A stretch of 64,000 nucleotides of DNA. Origin: an uncultured Actinomycetota bacterium (GTDB taxonomy: Bacteria > Actinomycetota > Actinomycetes > Mycobacteriales > CAVVZQ01). The translations under genes were made by a program, and so were the position numbers. The stretch lies in NCBI GenBank assembly GCA_963752715.1, contig CAVVZQ010000005.1, positions 10,030 through 74,029 on the forward strand, given 5' to 3'. The notes below the pieces were generated by a model that was not told the DNA's origin, ran no database searches, and worked only from the letters and a program-made list of their open reading frames with translations. Positions 8,613 through 18,919 of this stretch are shown here, piece after piece; the stretch's first letter is position 1, and the number at the start of each line of letters is the position of its first letter.

Positions 8613-10316
8613 CTACTGGTACGACACGAAGTCGGGTGTCGGCTTCACAGTCGTCATGGTCCGCTCGGGAGTGAAGGTCGGCTGGTCCTCGTCGATGAAG
8701 TTCTTCCAGCCCCAGAAGAACGTCTCCTCGGCATCGGCGGTCAGGTAGTCGTAGGTCTCGAACTTCTCCGAGGGCGTCCCGAAGCCGTCCACGTGAATGA
8801 GCACCGCGACCTGGTCGACGTCGGTCTTGAGCTGGTCGCGGTCGGAGATCATGGCGATCCGGAACTGGTGCACCACCAGCAGCTTCTGCGGGATGTCATT
8901 CTCGGTGACCAGGTTCGCCAGGTAGTCGACGACCTCGTTGACCTCCTCGGCGGTGACCGAGCCGATCCGGGTCAGCGGCAGCTCGTCCGGTCCGATGTGC
9001 CACTCGGGATCCAGCGCCAGCCCGACGTTGGGCATCAGGAGGAGCTCCTCGTACAGCTTCGCCTGCTCGAGGAAGCTGGCGCGGCCGGGCTGCAGGTCCA
9101 GGACCGCGTACATGCCGGCCTCGTCGGCCGCCTCGACCCACGGCCGAATCAGCTCGATGTCGGACTCGTTGGAGTAGTTGCCGTCCGAGCCTGCTTCGCG
9201 TGCGGCGATCGTGGTGATGATCTCGAACGAGGGGATCACCGGGACATCGCTGAACGGCTCGTACTCCGCCGCCAGATCCGCCGCTCGGTCGACCGCTCCC
9301 TCGACGTCCGTCTCGCCCATCACGCCGAGCGCCGGGACGCCCGGGTGACCGTACAACGCGACCATGAGGCGGCCGGGCAGCACGAGCTTGCCTCCGCCGG
9401 GAAGCTCGGCACCGTTGGCGGCGACGTCGAGCCGGTAGTCGAAGGACTCCTGTGAGCCGAACCCGTCGCCGAGTGCGAGAACCGCCGTCGGCTCCGTCTC
9501 CTCCAGCGCGGTGATGATGCCGGCATTCCCCCGCGGGTCGTAGCCGGCCATCACGGTCACGTCGGCACCGGCGGCGCGTGAGGTGGCGGCCGCAGCCGCG
9601 GGGACGGTGCCTGCCTGGGCGGACGCCAGCACGAGCACGTCGGTCACCGGGTCCGGGAGCTCGGTAGCCGGGAGCGCCGCTTCCGCGGACGCGCCCGTCG
9701 CGGCGGGTTCTTCCGAAGCGGGGCCAGGGGAGGGTTCGCCTGCCTCGGTCTGGGACTCCGACGGGGACCCGGGGGACTCGGCGGCGGGCGCCTGGACTGT
9801 CAGCAGCGTCGACCCACCGGGAGTCAGGGCGGCGATCTCAGTGACCAGGTCCGCCTCCGCGACCGGCGTCATCTGGTAGGACCCCTCGTGGCCAGTCACG
9901 CTGGCCAGTTCGGAGGGGTCGTCGGGGGCCGGTACGACGTCCAACCCGCCGATCTGCTCCGCCCAGGACACACCCGCACCTCCGACGGCGAGGACGGTGT
10001 CCGCGTCCAGCCTGTCCAGCTCCACGTCCGCGGCGTCGGAGGCCACCAGGACCGGTACGCCGAGCGAGACGGCCAGCGACGCGGCGCGCGCCTGCGAGTC
10101 GAGGTCGTCGCCGGTCACCACGACGACCGAGGCCTCCTCGAACAGCGTGGCCGCGGTGGCGGCGGCAAGGGAGCCTGCGTCCGTACCCGGCACCACGGCT
10201 GTGGCGGCGGGATCGGCGACGGTGGCTTGTTCCGGGTCAGGGTCGGAGGAACAGGCCGCCAGGGCAAGTGAGCCGACGACGGCCAGACCAGCGACGCGCA
10301 GCGTCAGTGTTCTCAT
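8613..10316 (-). CDS. Conserved actinobacterial lipoprotein with uncharacterised C-terminal domain
   Basis: Lipobox LALAAC, acidic/Pro-rich linker, C-terminal ALYGHPG, LDLQPGR, LALDPEW, HVDGFG, WGWKNF. Confidence 0.75.
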   Translation of the reverse strand: MRTLTLRVAGLAVVGSLALAACSSDPDPEQATVADPAATAVVPGTDAGSLAAATAATLFEEASVVVVTGDDLDSQARAASLAVSLGVPVLVASDAADVELDRLDADTVLAVGGAGVSWAEQIGGLDVVPAPDDPSELASVTGHEGSYQMTPVAEADLVTEIAALTPGGSTLLTVQAPAAESPGSPSESQTEAGEPSPGPASEEPAATGASAEAALPATELPDPVTDVLVLASAQAGTVPAAAAATSRAAGADVTVMAGYDPRGNAGIITALEETEPTAVLALGDGFGSQESFDYRLDVAANGAELPGGGKLVLPGRLMVALYGHPGVPALGVMGETDVEGAVDRAADLAAEYEPFSDVPVIPSFEIITTIAAREAGSDGNYSNESDIELIRPWVEAADEAGMYAVLDLQPGRASFLEQAKLYEELLLMPNVGLALDPEWHIGPDELPLTRIGSVTAEEVNEVVDYLANLVTENDIPQKLLVVHQFRIAMISDRDQLKTDVDQVAVLIHVDGFGTPSEKFETYDYLTADAEETFFWGWKNFIDEDQPTFTPERTMTTVKPTPDFVSYQ

Positions 10317-10555
10317 TACCCACCTCAGACAGGACGTGTCGCCGGAATTCAGTTCAGGCTACGGGGGAGACCGGGCGGAATCGCGCGCCACGCGAAGAGC
10401 ATCCGCTGTCGTGCGGCGCGGTCGACGGGGATTGTTCGCTCCGACCGCCTCGAGATGCCGCCGTCGGTGATTGGGAGCACGATAGAGGCCCCCGATCAGT
10501 CTGATCAGACCTGCTCAGCCCGATCACACCCAGAACCGCCCGTACGGAGGCAGTG

Positions 10556-11215
10556 ATGTCGCTCTTCACCTCCTTCAGTGCCCTGACCAGCCCGTTCAAA
10601 GCGCGGATGGTTACCGAGCAGGACGCACTGCCCGGTCGCGAGCAGCCGATCACCACTCCCGGTGTGCATGCTGTCCTCGGAACGCCGCTGGCCGGCCCAT
10701 ATCCCGCGGGCTACGACGTCGCGGACTTCGCGCTGGGATGCTTCTGGGGAGCGGAGAAGAAGTACTGGCAGGTGCCAGGGGTCCACACCACAGCTGTGGG
10801 CTACGCCGGCGGGTTCACCCCGAACCCGACCTATGAAGAGGTGTGCTCCGGTCGTACCGGGCACGCCGAAGTGGTTCGCGTGGTCTTCGACCCTGAGCGA
10901 GTCTCCTACCGGAGCCTGCTGAAGCTGTTCTGGGAGGTCCACGACCCCACCCAGGGCATGCGTCAGGGCAATGATGTGGGTACCCAGTACCGCTCGGCGA
11001 TCTATGTCCACTCTGAGGAGCAGAAGGCGCTCGCGGAGGCCAGTCGCGAGATGTTTGCGCCTGCTCTGGGAGAGGCCGGGTACGGAGACATCACGACGGA
11101 GATCGCCGATGCGGGACCTTTCTACTTCGCGGAGGAGTACCACCAGCAGTACCTCCACAAGGTCCCCAACGGGTACGACTGCCATACCGCTACCGGCGTG
11201 TCCTGTCCCTTGTGA
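10556..11215 (+). CDS. msrA: Peptide-methionine (S)-S-oxide reductase
   Basis: [46 protein letters not shown]; GGAGG upstream. Confidence 0.96.
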   Translation: MSLFTSFSALTSPFKARMVTEQDALPGREQPITTPGVHAVLGTPLAGPYPAGYDVADFALGCFWGAEKKYWQVPGVHTTAVGYAGGFTPNPTYEEVCSGRTGHAEVVRVVFDPERVSYRSLLKLFWEVHDPTQGMRQGNDVGTQYRSAIYVHSEEQKALAEASREMFAPALGEAGYGDITTEIADAGPFYFAEEYHQQYLHKVPNGYDCHTATGVSCPL

Positions 11216-11263
11216 GAGGCGGCTCGGGGCCGGATCGGAGGCGGCACCGGGAGGCACGGGGCA

Positions 11264-11352
11264 GCGCCTAGTCAGCACGGGGCGGCGCGGGGGCGGCGCC
11301 TAGTCAGCACGGGGCGGCGCGGGGGCGGCGCCTAGTCAGCACGGGGCGGCGC
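11264..11352. repeat. 32-bp intergenic tandem repeat (about 2.7 copies)
   Basis: Unit GCGCCTAGTCAGCACGGGGCGGCGCGGGGGCG at 11264, 11296, partial at 11328. Confidence 0.9.
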
Positions 11353-11397
11353 CGTGCTAGACAGTTCTGGTGACTGACGTGACCGTGGGCTCCTGAG

Positions 11398-12843
11398 GTG
11401 GCCTCCTCGCTTCATCTCTCCAGCCGACAGGGCCGGTGGGTACTCGCGGCTGCCGTGCTCGGCAGCGGGGTGGCGTTCCTCGACTCCACGGTGGTCACCG
11501 TTGCCCTCCCCACCATTGCGGAAGACCTGGGCGCGAGCTTCTCCCAGCTGCAGTGGATCTCGAACGCCTATCTGCTGACCCTCGGCTCGCTGGTGCTGGT
11601 CGGCGGTGCGATGGGGGACCGGTTCGGCCGCCGGCGCCTCTTCCTGGCAGGCCTCGCGCTGTTTACCCTCGCCTCTCTCGCCTGTGGTCTGGCTCCCTCG
11701 GCGGAGTTCCTGATCGCAGCCCGGGCCGTGCAAGGCGTCGGGGCGGCGATGCTCACGCCCGTCAGCCTGGGAATGCTCCAGGCCGTCTACCGGAACGAGG
11801 ACACCGGTCGAGCCGTGGGCCTGTGGTCCGGCTTGTCGGGGGTCTCCACGGCGGCGGGGCCGTTCCTCGGTGGCTGGCTGGTGGACGCCGCGACGTGGCG
11901 CCTGGTCTTCGTCATCAACGTCCCGATCGCGGGTGCTGCCATGGCGATCGCATTGCGCCACATCCCGGAGACCCGAGACCCGGGCGCACAGGGGCGGCCC
12001 GTCGACGTCTTGGGCGGAGCAGTGGTCACGTTCGCGCTGGCTGCGCTGGTCTGGCCGTTGATCGAGCAGGACGCCGCCAACGGCGTCCGGGTGGCGTCGC
12101 TCCTGGCGTCGGCCGTTGCCTTCGTCGCCTTCGTGCTCATCGAACGGCGGGTGGACTACCCGATGCTGCCGCTAGGGCTGTTCCGGTCGCGACCCTTCAC
12201 GGTGCTCAACCTCTACACGCTGGCCCTGTACGGGGCGCTGAGCGCGACACTGTTCCTGCTCACCGTTCATTTGCAGGTCAACCTGGGGTACTCGGCGCTG
12301 CTGGCCGGGATGGCGAGTTTGCCCATCACGGTGCTGCTGCTGGTGATGTCACCCCGGGCGGGAGCCCGGTCCGGCCGCAGCGGTCCCTGGCCGCTGCTGG
12401 TGTGGGGGGCTTCCCTAGCGGGACTGGGACTGGTGCTGCTCACCCGGGTCGAGCCGGGAGTGAGCTACCTGACCGCGGTGTTCCCGGGCGTGCTCGTGTT
12501 CGGGGTCGGACTCGGTCTGCTGGTCGCACCCCTGACGTCGTCGGCGCTCGCTGTGGTCGGGGCCGACCGGGCAGGCATCGCGTCGGGAGTCAACAACGCG
12601 GTGGCTCGGGTAGCGGGGCTGCTCGCTGTGGCCGGAGTGCCTGTCGTCGCGGGGATCTCCGTACTGGGCAGCGACGGGTCCGCCGCCACGGGCCCCGGCT
12701 CGCTGGCGGACGGTTTCGCCGCGGCGATGTACGTCTGTGCGCTGCTGTGCCTGGTGTCCGCGGCGGTGGCCGCGTTGGCGCTGCCGCGCGGCGTGCTGAC
12801 CCCGGTGCTGGCCGCCGGTGCCGACGGGGGAGAGGACTCCTGA
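11398..12843 (+). CDS. MFS efflux transporter (DHA2, EmrB/QacA-like)
   Basis: FLDSTVVTVALP, GAMGDRFGRRR motif A, about 14 TM helices, ASGVNN. Confidence 0.92.
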   Translation: MASSLHLSSRQGRWVLAAAVLGSGVAFLDSTVVTVALPTIAEDLGASFSQLQWISNAYLLTLGSLVLVGGAMGDRFGRRRLFLAGLALFTLASLACGLAPSAEFLIAARAVQGVGAAMLTPVSLGMLQAVYRNEDTGRAVGLWSGLSGVSTAAGPFLGGWLVDAATWRLVFVINVPIAGAAMAIALRHIPETRDPGAQGRPVDVLGGAVVTFALAALVWPLIEQDAANGVRVASLLASAVAFVAFVLIERRVDYPMLPLGLFRSRPFTVLNLYTLALYGALSATLFLLTVHLQVNLGYSALLAGMASLPITVLLLVMSPRAGARSGRSGPWPLLVWGASLAGLGLVLLTRVEPGVSYLTAVFPGVLVFGVGLGLLVAPLTSSALAVVGADRAGIASGVNNAVARVAGLLAVAGVPVVAGISVLGSDGSAATGPGSLADGFAAAMYVCALLCLVSAAVAALALPRGVLTPVLAAGADGGEDS

Positions 12844-12871
12844 TGCCCAGGGGTCGGGCGTGCGCAGATAC

Positions 12872-12911
12872 GGTCCGCGAAACGGTCCGAAACCGCGCCG
12901 TTTCGCGGACC
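12872..12911. repeat. 40-bp palindromic (REP-like) element, copy 1
   Basis: GGTCCGCGAAACGG-N12-CCGTTTCGCGGACC perfect 14-bp arms, between convergent MFS and hisN. Confidence 0.8.
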
Positions 12912-12931
12912 TAACTGACCTAGCGCGAGGG

Positions 12932-13964
12932 TCAGCCGACGGCCGCGCTGCCGGGGCGGCGGTCAGCGCTCGGTCCCTGTTGCGCAGGCTGGCTCGCCTG
13001 AGGTCCGTTGAGCTGGCGGAGGATCTCCAGCGCCGCCGCATGCAGTCGCCCATTGGTGCACAGCACGGTGCCGCCGTCCGGACGCGCGCGCCCCTGGTGG
13101 TCGGTGAACCGGCCGCCCGCCTCCTCCACCACGACCTGGAGGGCGGCCAGATCCCATAGGTTCACAGCGGGCTCCGCGGAGACGTCCACTGCTCCCTCGG
13201 CGACCAGCATGTGGGACCAGAAGTCCCCGAACCCCCGGGTACGCCACACTGACCTGCTCAGGGTGTCGAAGGCCTCTCCTCGGCCGGCCTGGTGCCAGGA
13301 GCCTGCACCGGAGTAAGCGAGGAACGCGTCGGAGAGCTGCCCGATCTGCGAGACCGCGAGCCTGCGTACCGCGGCAGCCCGGGGCGCTCACCCAGGCGCC
13401 CCCGTCCCGGACCGCCCACCAGCGCCGGGCCAGCGCGGGAGCGCTGACCACACCGACCACGGGTGTCCCGTTGCCCAGTGGGTCGGCCTCGGACGGCTCA
13501 CCGGCGCCATCCATCAGGGCAATCAGGGTGGCCCATACCGGTACCCCGCGGACGAAGTTCTTGGTCCCGTCCACGGGGTCGACCACCCATCGCCGGGGGA
13601 CCGAGCCCCACCCCGACCCGGGTCCCGAGTCCGGCCCCGACCCGAGCTCCGAGTCCGGCCCCGACCCCGAGCCGGCGCCCGAGCCCGGCCCGCTCAGTCC
13701 GTACTCCTCGCCCAGGACCGCGTCGGAGCCGCGCTGCTGGCCGAGCATCTCCCGTACCGCGCGCTCCACCCCCCGGTCGGCGTCGGAGACCGGGGTGGCG
13801 TCCGGCTTGTCCTCCACCTGCAGGTCGACGGCCAGGAAGCGGTCCATCGTGATCGCGTCCGCGGCGTCGGCGATCCGCAGCGCCAGCGCGAGGTCGGCGC
13901 CGTACCGCGCCGCGCCTGTACCGGGGCCCGTACCGGGGCCCGTCCCGGGCTGGTCCTGGCTCAC
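12932..13964 (-). pseudogene. hisN: Histidinol-phosphatase (IMPase family), frameshifted near 13375 (true lesion or sequencing error)
   Basis: N-part [37 protein letters not shown]; C-part in another frame [23 protein letters not shown]; GTG 13964 overlaps rsgA stop. Confidence 0.85.
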
Positions 13965-14980
13965 GGTCGCTCCTCCGAGGCCATCGACGCCAGCAGCCGC
14001 CGGAAGCTGTCGAGCCGACCCGGGGCGGCTCCGCCCTCCGCTGCGACCCATTCGTCGAGCGCGCAGCCGGCCTCGGCCGATGTGTGCGGGCAGTCGGAGG
14101 GGCAGTTCTGCGCCCCGGCGGTCAGGTCTGAGAACGCCCGCAGGAGGTGGCCGGGCGAGACGTGGGCAAGGCCGAAGGAGCGGATGCCGGGCGTGTCCAC
14201 GATCCAGCCGCCCCCGGGCAGCGGGAGCGCGACCGCCGATGTGGACGTGTGCCGGCCCTTCCCGATCGCACTGACGTCGCCGATCCGCCGCTGGGCCTCC
14301 GGGACGAGCCGGTTTACCAGGGTGGACTTGCCCACGCCCGAGTGCCCCACCATCACGCTGACGGCATTGGCCAACACCCGTCTCAGGGGGTCCAGGTCGC
14401 TGCCGGGCTGCGTCGAGACGGTCGGTACGCCGAGGTCGGCGTAGGTGCGCAAGAGCTCGGGGGCGGGTCCGAGGTCGGTCTTGGTGAGGCAGAGCACGGG
14501 CTGGATGCCGGCGTCGTAGGCGGCGACCAGATAGCGGTCCACCAGGCGGGGCCGGGGCGGGGGATCGGCGACCGAGACGACCATGACCAGCTGGTCGGCG
14601 TTGGCGACGACGACTCGTTCCACCGTGTCGGTGTCATCCGCGGTCCGCCGGAGCACAGAGTTGCGCGCCTCGATGCGCACGATGCGGGCGAGGGTCCCTG
14701 CTCGCCCGGTGGCGTCACCCGCCAGCGCCACCGCGTCACCGACCACCACGGACTTGCGGCCGAGCTCGCGTGCGCGCATCGCGGTGACGGTCCGCTCCTC
14801 GCCGTGGTCGACGACCAGGCAGGCGTACCTGCCGCGGTCTACTGCCGTCACGAACCCGGGCACGGCGGTGGCGTGACGCGGTCGGTGGCGGGTACGGGGT
14901 CGGCTGCCCCGGCGGGACGGACGTACCCGTACGTCGTCCTCGTCCAGGTCGTGCCGACCGGAGGGGAGATGTCGGCTCAG
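13961..14980 (-). CDS. rsgA: Ribosome small subunit-dependent GTPase A
   Basis: [30 protein letters not shown]-x3-C-x-H-x6-C; conserved N-terminus [16 protein letters not shown] lies upstream of the first GTG, so start placed at CTG 14980. Confidence 0.93.
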   Translation of the reverse strand: MSRHLPSGRHDLDEDDVRVRPSRRGSRPRTRHRPRHATAVPGFVTAVDRGRYACLVVDHGEERTVTAMRARELGRKSVVVGDAVALAGDATGRAGTLARIVRIEARNSVLRRTADDTDTVERVVVANADQLVMVVSVADPPPRPRLVDRYLVAAYDAGIQPVLCLTKTDLGPAPELLRTYADLGVPTVSTQPGSDLDPLRRVLANAVSVMVGHSGVGKSTLVNRLVPEAQRRIGDVSAIGKGRHTSTSAVALPLPGGGWIVDTPGIRSFGLAHVSPGHLLRAFSDLTAGAQNCPSDCPHTSAEAGCALDEWVAAEGGAAPGRLDSFRRLLASMASEERP

Positions 14981-15005
14981 GGTTGCCTCCGGAGCGCTCG
15001 CTGCC

Positions 15006-16445
15006 TCACGAGGGCATCATGCCAGCCCACAGCGACACGAAGTCCGGCACCGTCTTCGCCGTGGTGGCAACGTTCTCGACGAGCACGCCCGGAACGGCCA
15101 GGCCGAGCACGGCAGCGGCCATCGCCATTCGGTGGTCGTCGTAGGTGGCCACACGCGCGCCGTGCAGCGGGCGTGGCTCGATGGTCAGTCCGTCCGCCGT
15201 CTCGCGGACCGAGCCCCCGAGCCGGTTGATCTCGGTGGCGAGCGCGGCCAGCCGGTCTGTCTCCTGGCCGCGAAGGTGTGCCACACCCCGCAGTGTCGAG
15301 GGGGAGTCGGCGAGCGCGGCGACCGCGGCAAGCACGGGCGTCAGCTCGCCGACGTCCGAGAGGTCGACGTCCACGCCGCGGATGCCTCGGCTGACGGCCC
15401 CACCGCCCGAGCCCCCGCCCGACCGGGAAGGCCCAGCGCCGCCCGACCGGGAAGGCCCAGCGCCGCGCACCGTGAGGCCCTGGTCGTCCCGGGAGACATC
15501 GGCCCCCATGGCCGCGAGCAGCTCGGGCAGCAGGGCGCCCGGCTGCGTGCTCTGCTCCGGCCAGCCGGCGACGGTGACCGACCCCCCCGCGACCAGGGCG
15601 GCGGCCAGGAACGGAGCGGCACTGGACAGGTCGGGTTCGATAGCGCGGTCGTACGGCTGCAGCTCCCCGGGTCGCACCTGCCAGGTCGTGCCCGGGCCGC
15701 CGTCGCCGGCCACCTCGACCTCGGCTCCGGACTCGCGCAGCATCTGGACCGTCATCGCCAGGTGCGGTCCACTGGGTACCCGTTCTCCCGTGTGGGTGAG
15801 CACCACGCCGCTCTCCCAGCGGGGCGCGCTGAGCAGCAGCCCGGAGACCAGCTGGCTGGAGCTCGAGGCGTCGAGGCTGACCGTGCCGCCTGCGAGCCGG
15901 CCGCGGCCGTTGACGGTCAGCGGGATGGCGCCGCGCCCCCCGTCGTCGATGTCGGCCCCGAGGGTCCGCAGCGCCCGTACGAGTGGTCCGAGCGGCCGTT
16001 CCCGCATCCGTGGGTCACCGTCGAACCTGACCGGGCCGTCCGCGAGGGTGGCGACCGGCGGGACAAACCGGGCCACGGTGCCGGCGTTGCCGACGTCGAC
16101 CCGTACGCCGCCGCGCAGCGGGCCTGCAACCCCGCGCACGACCCAGTCCGTACCGGCGGGGCCGTCCTGGGTCGTCGCGGCCTCGCTGACCGATACCCCC
16201 AGCGCCCGCAGGGCCTCGGCCATCAGCAGCGTGTCCCGGGAGCGCAGCGGGCGCATCAGCCGGGACTCGCCGGCGGCCAAGGCCGACAGCAGCAGTGCAC
16301 GGTTGGTCGCTGACTTCGAGCCGGGCACACGGACCGTCGCCGCCAGGGGAGCCGACGCGGTCGGGGCGGGCCACGGATCCGGCACGGGACTCGCTGGTGG
16401 GTCCGTCCGGGAAGCCGGTACGGCGTCAGGGGGAGGAACGCTCAC
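15006..16445 (-). CDS. aroA: 3-phosphoshikimate 1-carboxyvinyltransferase
   Basis: [47 protein letters not shown]; start approximate. Confidence 0.95.
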   Translation of the reverse strand: MSVPPPDAVPASRTDPPASPVPDPWPAPTASAPLAATVRVPGSKSATNRALLLSALAAGESRLMRPLRSRDTLLMAEALRALGVSVSEAATTQDGPAGTDWVVRGVAGPLRGGVRVDVGNAGTVARFVPPVATLADGPVRFDGDPRMRERPLGPLVRALRTLGADIDDGGRGAIPLTVNGRGRLAGGTVSLDASSSSQLVSGLLLSAPRWESGVVLTHTGERVPSGPHLAMTVQMLRESGAEVEVAGDGGPGTTWQVRPGELQPYDRAIEPDLSSAAPFLAAALVAGGSVTVAGWPEQSTQPGALLPELLAAMGADVSRDDQGLTVRGAGPSRSGGAGPSRSGGGSGGGAVSRGIRGVDVDLSDVGELTPVLAAVAALADSPSTLRGVAHLRGQETDRLAALATEINRLGGSVRETADGLTIEPRPLHGARVATYDDHRMAMAAAVLGLAVPGVLVENVATTAKTVPDFVSLWAGMMPS

Positions 16446-16549
16446 AGCCACCCAGTGTGCGCCCTCCGACCGCTGGGAGTCGGGTGGGAGAACGGCGTCG
16501 CAGCAGTCACCCTGGGAGTGGCGGGACCCATCCGTCAGGGAGGACGGCC

Positions 16550-17308
16550 ATGTGCGGCAGGTACGCAGCCACGAGCAGCCCCGAGAAGCTGGCGGAGGAG
16601 TTCGAGGCCGAGGACGCAACCGGGGGCGGCCTGCGCGAGGACTACAACGTCGCGCCCACCAAGGACGTTCCGGTCGTACGGGAGCGCACCGACGAGGACG
16701 GCACCCGGATCCGTCGCATCGAGCTGATGCGGTGGGGTCTGGTTCCCTCCTGGGCCAAGGACACCACCATCGGCAACCGCATGATCAACGCCCGGATCGA
16801 GTCGGTGGCCGACAAGGCCGCCTTCCGGCTGGCGGCGAAGCGGCGGCGCTGTCTGGTGCCGGCGGACGGGTGGTACGAGTGGGCTCCGGCGGCTCCCGGC
16901 CAGCGCGGCAAGCAGCCCTACTTCATGACCCGATCGGACGGTCACCCGCTGGCGTTCGCGGGCCTGTACGAGCTGTGGCGGCCCAAGGAGGCCGAGTCCG
17001 ACGTTCCGTGGCTGGTGACCGTCACGGTCATCACTGAGCCCGCTATCGGGGTGCTGGCCGAGATCCATGACCGGATGCCGTACGTGCTGGCCCCCGACCA
17101 GTGGGACCGCTGGCTTGACACGCAGACCACGGATGTCACCGGACTGCTGGTCGCGACCCCGGAGGACTACGTGGCACAGCTGGAGGTTCGGCCCGTCTCC
17201 ACCGCGGTCAACAACGTCCGCAACAACGGGCCGGAGCTTGTCTCGGTGGTGCCGCTCGGCCCGCCCGCCGGCGACGAGCAGGCCTCCGCCCCGCTTCCGG
17301 GCGTGTGA
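16550..17308 (+). CDS. SOS response-associated peptidase (SRAP/YedK)
   Basis: MCGRY N-terminus, YNVAPT, WGLVPSW, INAR.E, GWYEW, IHDRMP; GGAGG SD. Confidence 0.94.
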   Translation: MCGRYAATSSPEKLAEEFEAEDATGGGLREDYNVAPTKDVPVVRERTDEDGTRIRRIELMRWGLVPSWAKDTTIGNRMINARIESVADKAAFRLAAKRRRCLVPADGWYEWAPAAPGQRGKQPYFMTRSDGHPLAFAGLYELWRPKEAESDVPWLVTVTVITEPAIGVLAEIHDRMPYVLAPDQWDRWLDTQTTDVTGLLVATPEDYVAQLEVRPVSTAVNNVRNNGPELVSVVPLGPPAGDEQASAPLPGV

Positions 17309-17314
17309 CCGCTG

Positions 17315-17370
17315 GTGGCGGGCATGGCGGGTATGGCGGGCATGGCGGGCATGGCGGGCATGGCGGGCAT
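17315..17370. repeat. 9-bp tandem repeat ATGGCGGGC (Met-Ala-Gly) x6
   Basis: Directly visible; creates a row of in-frame start codons. Confidence 0.9.
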
Positions 17371-18079
17371 CACCACTCCCAGCGGGCCCGCCCGGGTGTA
17401 TCTCTACCTGGCATCAGCCGGGCCAGCGCCAGGCGGGTCAGCGTCAGGCGGGTCAGGCGGGACAGCCGGGGCGGGTGTAGAGCCGGGGCCGGCTCCCGGG
17501 CTGCTGGTGCTCGGCCACGGGGCCGGGGGTTCCCTGGATGCCCCGGACCTCGTCGCGGCGCGGTCCGCCGCGCTGCGGCTGGGATGGGTGGTCGTGGGTG
17601 TGGAGCAGCCGTACCGCGTGGCGGGTAGGCGATCACCACCGGCAGCGAAAACGCTCGACGCGGCATGGATCGCGGCCGTGCGTGCTGTCGGGGCTTCGAC
17701 GGGGAACCCCCTCATGACAGAAGTCCCGCCGACTCTGGTGCTCGGAGGCCGTTCCAGCGGGGCACGAGTGGCCTGCCGTACGGCTATCGAGCTGGGGGCC
17801 GACGCCGTTCTCTGCCTCGCATTCCCCTGGCACCCGCCGGGCAGGCCCGACCGAAGCCGCGGCGGCGAGGTGGAGCAGGTCGTCGCGGCGGGGCTGCCGG
17901 TGCTGACGGTCCAGGGGAGTCGCGACCCGTTCGGTCAGCCGCCCGGGTCGGTGCGGTCGGACCCCGCGGTGTCCGCGGTGTCGATCGAGGGCGGTGACCA
18001 CTCGCTGAAGAAGTCCGCGGGCGAGGTGGAGGCCGAGGTCGGCGGCTGGCTGGGGCGGCTCGCGGCAGGGGCTGCCTAG
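17315..18079 (+). CDS. Alpha/beta hydrolase
   Basis: LGHGAGG, EQPYRVAGRR, GGRSSGARVA, FPWHPPG, RDPFG, GDH; start ambiguous in the MAG repeat. Confidence 0.85.
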   Translation: MAGMAGMAGMAGMAGMAGITTPSGPARVYLYLASAGPAPGGSASGGSGGTAGAGVEPGPAPGLLVLGHGAGGSLDAPDLVAARSAALRLGWVVVGVEQPYRVAGRRSPPAAKTLDAAWIAAVRAVGASTGNPLMTEVPPTLVLGGRSSGARVACRTAIELGADAVLCLAFPWHPPGRPDRSRGGEVEQVVAAGLPVLTVQGSRDPFGQPPGSVRSDPAVSAVSIEGGDHSLKKSAGEVEAEVGGWLGRLAAGAA

Positions 18080-18564
18080 CGGCCCGGGGCCGCCGCGATG
18101 GGTGCCACCACAGCCGTGGTTGCCGAGACCAGGTCCGCGGGCGCGAGCTCGACCTGAAGGCCGCGCCGTCCCGCGCTGACCACGACGGTCTCCTGCTCGA
18201 GCGCGCTCGCGTCGAGGACCGTGCTCAGGCGGGTCCGCTGACCGAAGGGCGAGGTACCCCCCGCCTGGTATCCGGTGGCCTTCTCCGCCTCGGGTAGGGG
18301 CGCGAGGGACGCCTTCTTGGCGCCGAGGGCGCGTGCCAGAGCCTTCGTGTCCAGCCGCGCGGGTACGGGCACGATGCCCACGGCCAGCCCGCGGTCGGTC
18401 GTAACCACCAAAGTCTTGAACACCTGTTCCGGGGGGAGGCCCAGCTTCTGCACGACCTCGTCCCCGTACGCCCGAGTGTTCGGGTCGTGGTCGTAGGGGT
18501 GCACGGTGTAGCTGATGCCCAGGGAGTCCAGCGCCCGGGTCGCAGGGGTCTGGTTAGCGGCCAC
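18076..18564 (-). CDS. ybaK: Cys-tRNA(Pro) deacylase
   Basis: [35 protein letters not shown]. Confidence 0.92.
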   Translation of the reverse strand: MAANQTPATRALDSLGISYTVHPYDHDPNTRAYGDEVVQKLGLPPEQVFKTLVVTTDRGLAVGIVPVPARLDTKALARALGAKKASLAPLPEAEKATGYQAGGTSPFGQRTRLSTVLDASALEQETVVVSAGRRGLQVELAPADLVSATTAVVAPIAAAPGR

Positions 18565-18594
18565 GAGCGACACCCTAGGGCCAGTCCGCGGGTC

Positions 18595-18621
18595 GGAATG
18601 CCGCACGCCTCCAGGGCGTTG
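18595..18621 (+). promoter_or_regulatory. SigR/SigH-type promoter (autoregulatory)
   Basis: GGAAT (18595-18599) - 18 nt - GTTG (18618-18621), matching the GGAAT-N18-GTT consensus, upstream of the sigma gene. Confidence 0.75.
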
Positions 18622-18919
18622 CCTGCCAGTGACGGCAGAGATCCGGCTGTCGGGCCCGCAGCGGGCCCGCGGCAGGTCCAGAGCGAACCAGTGGGGCGAC
18701 GGTGAGACCATGAGGCAACTCGACCTAGTCGACCCAGGCAACCTAGCCGACCCAGGCAACCTAGCCGACCGAGCCGACCGAGTCGACCGAGGTACTGGGC
18801 CCGCGGGCAGCAACGCCGTCGCGTCGAGGTACCCGGGGTGGAGCGCGCTGGACGCCAGAGGCCTCGGGTACGAGATGACCGCGGGGCAGATACGCTCTCG
18901 CGAGACGCCGTCACGATCT

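Noticed and set aside
10320-10555. SigR/SigH promoter for msrA
   Set aside because: Two GGAAT motifs are present but neither has GTT at 18-19 nt
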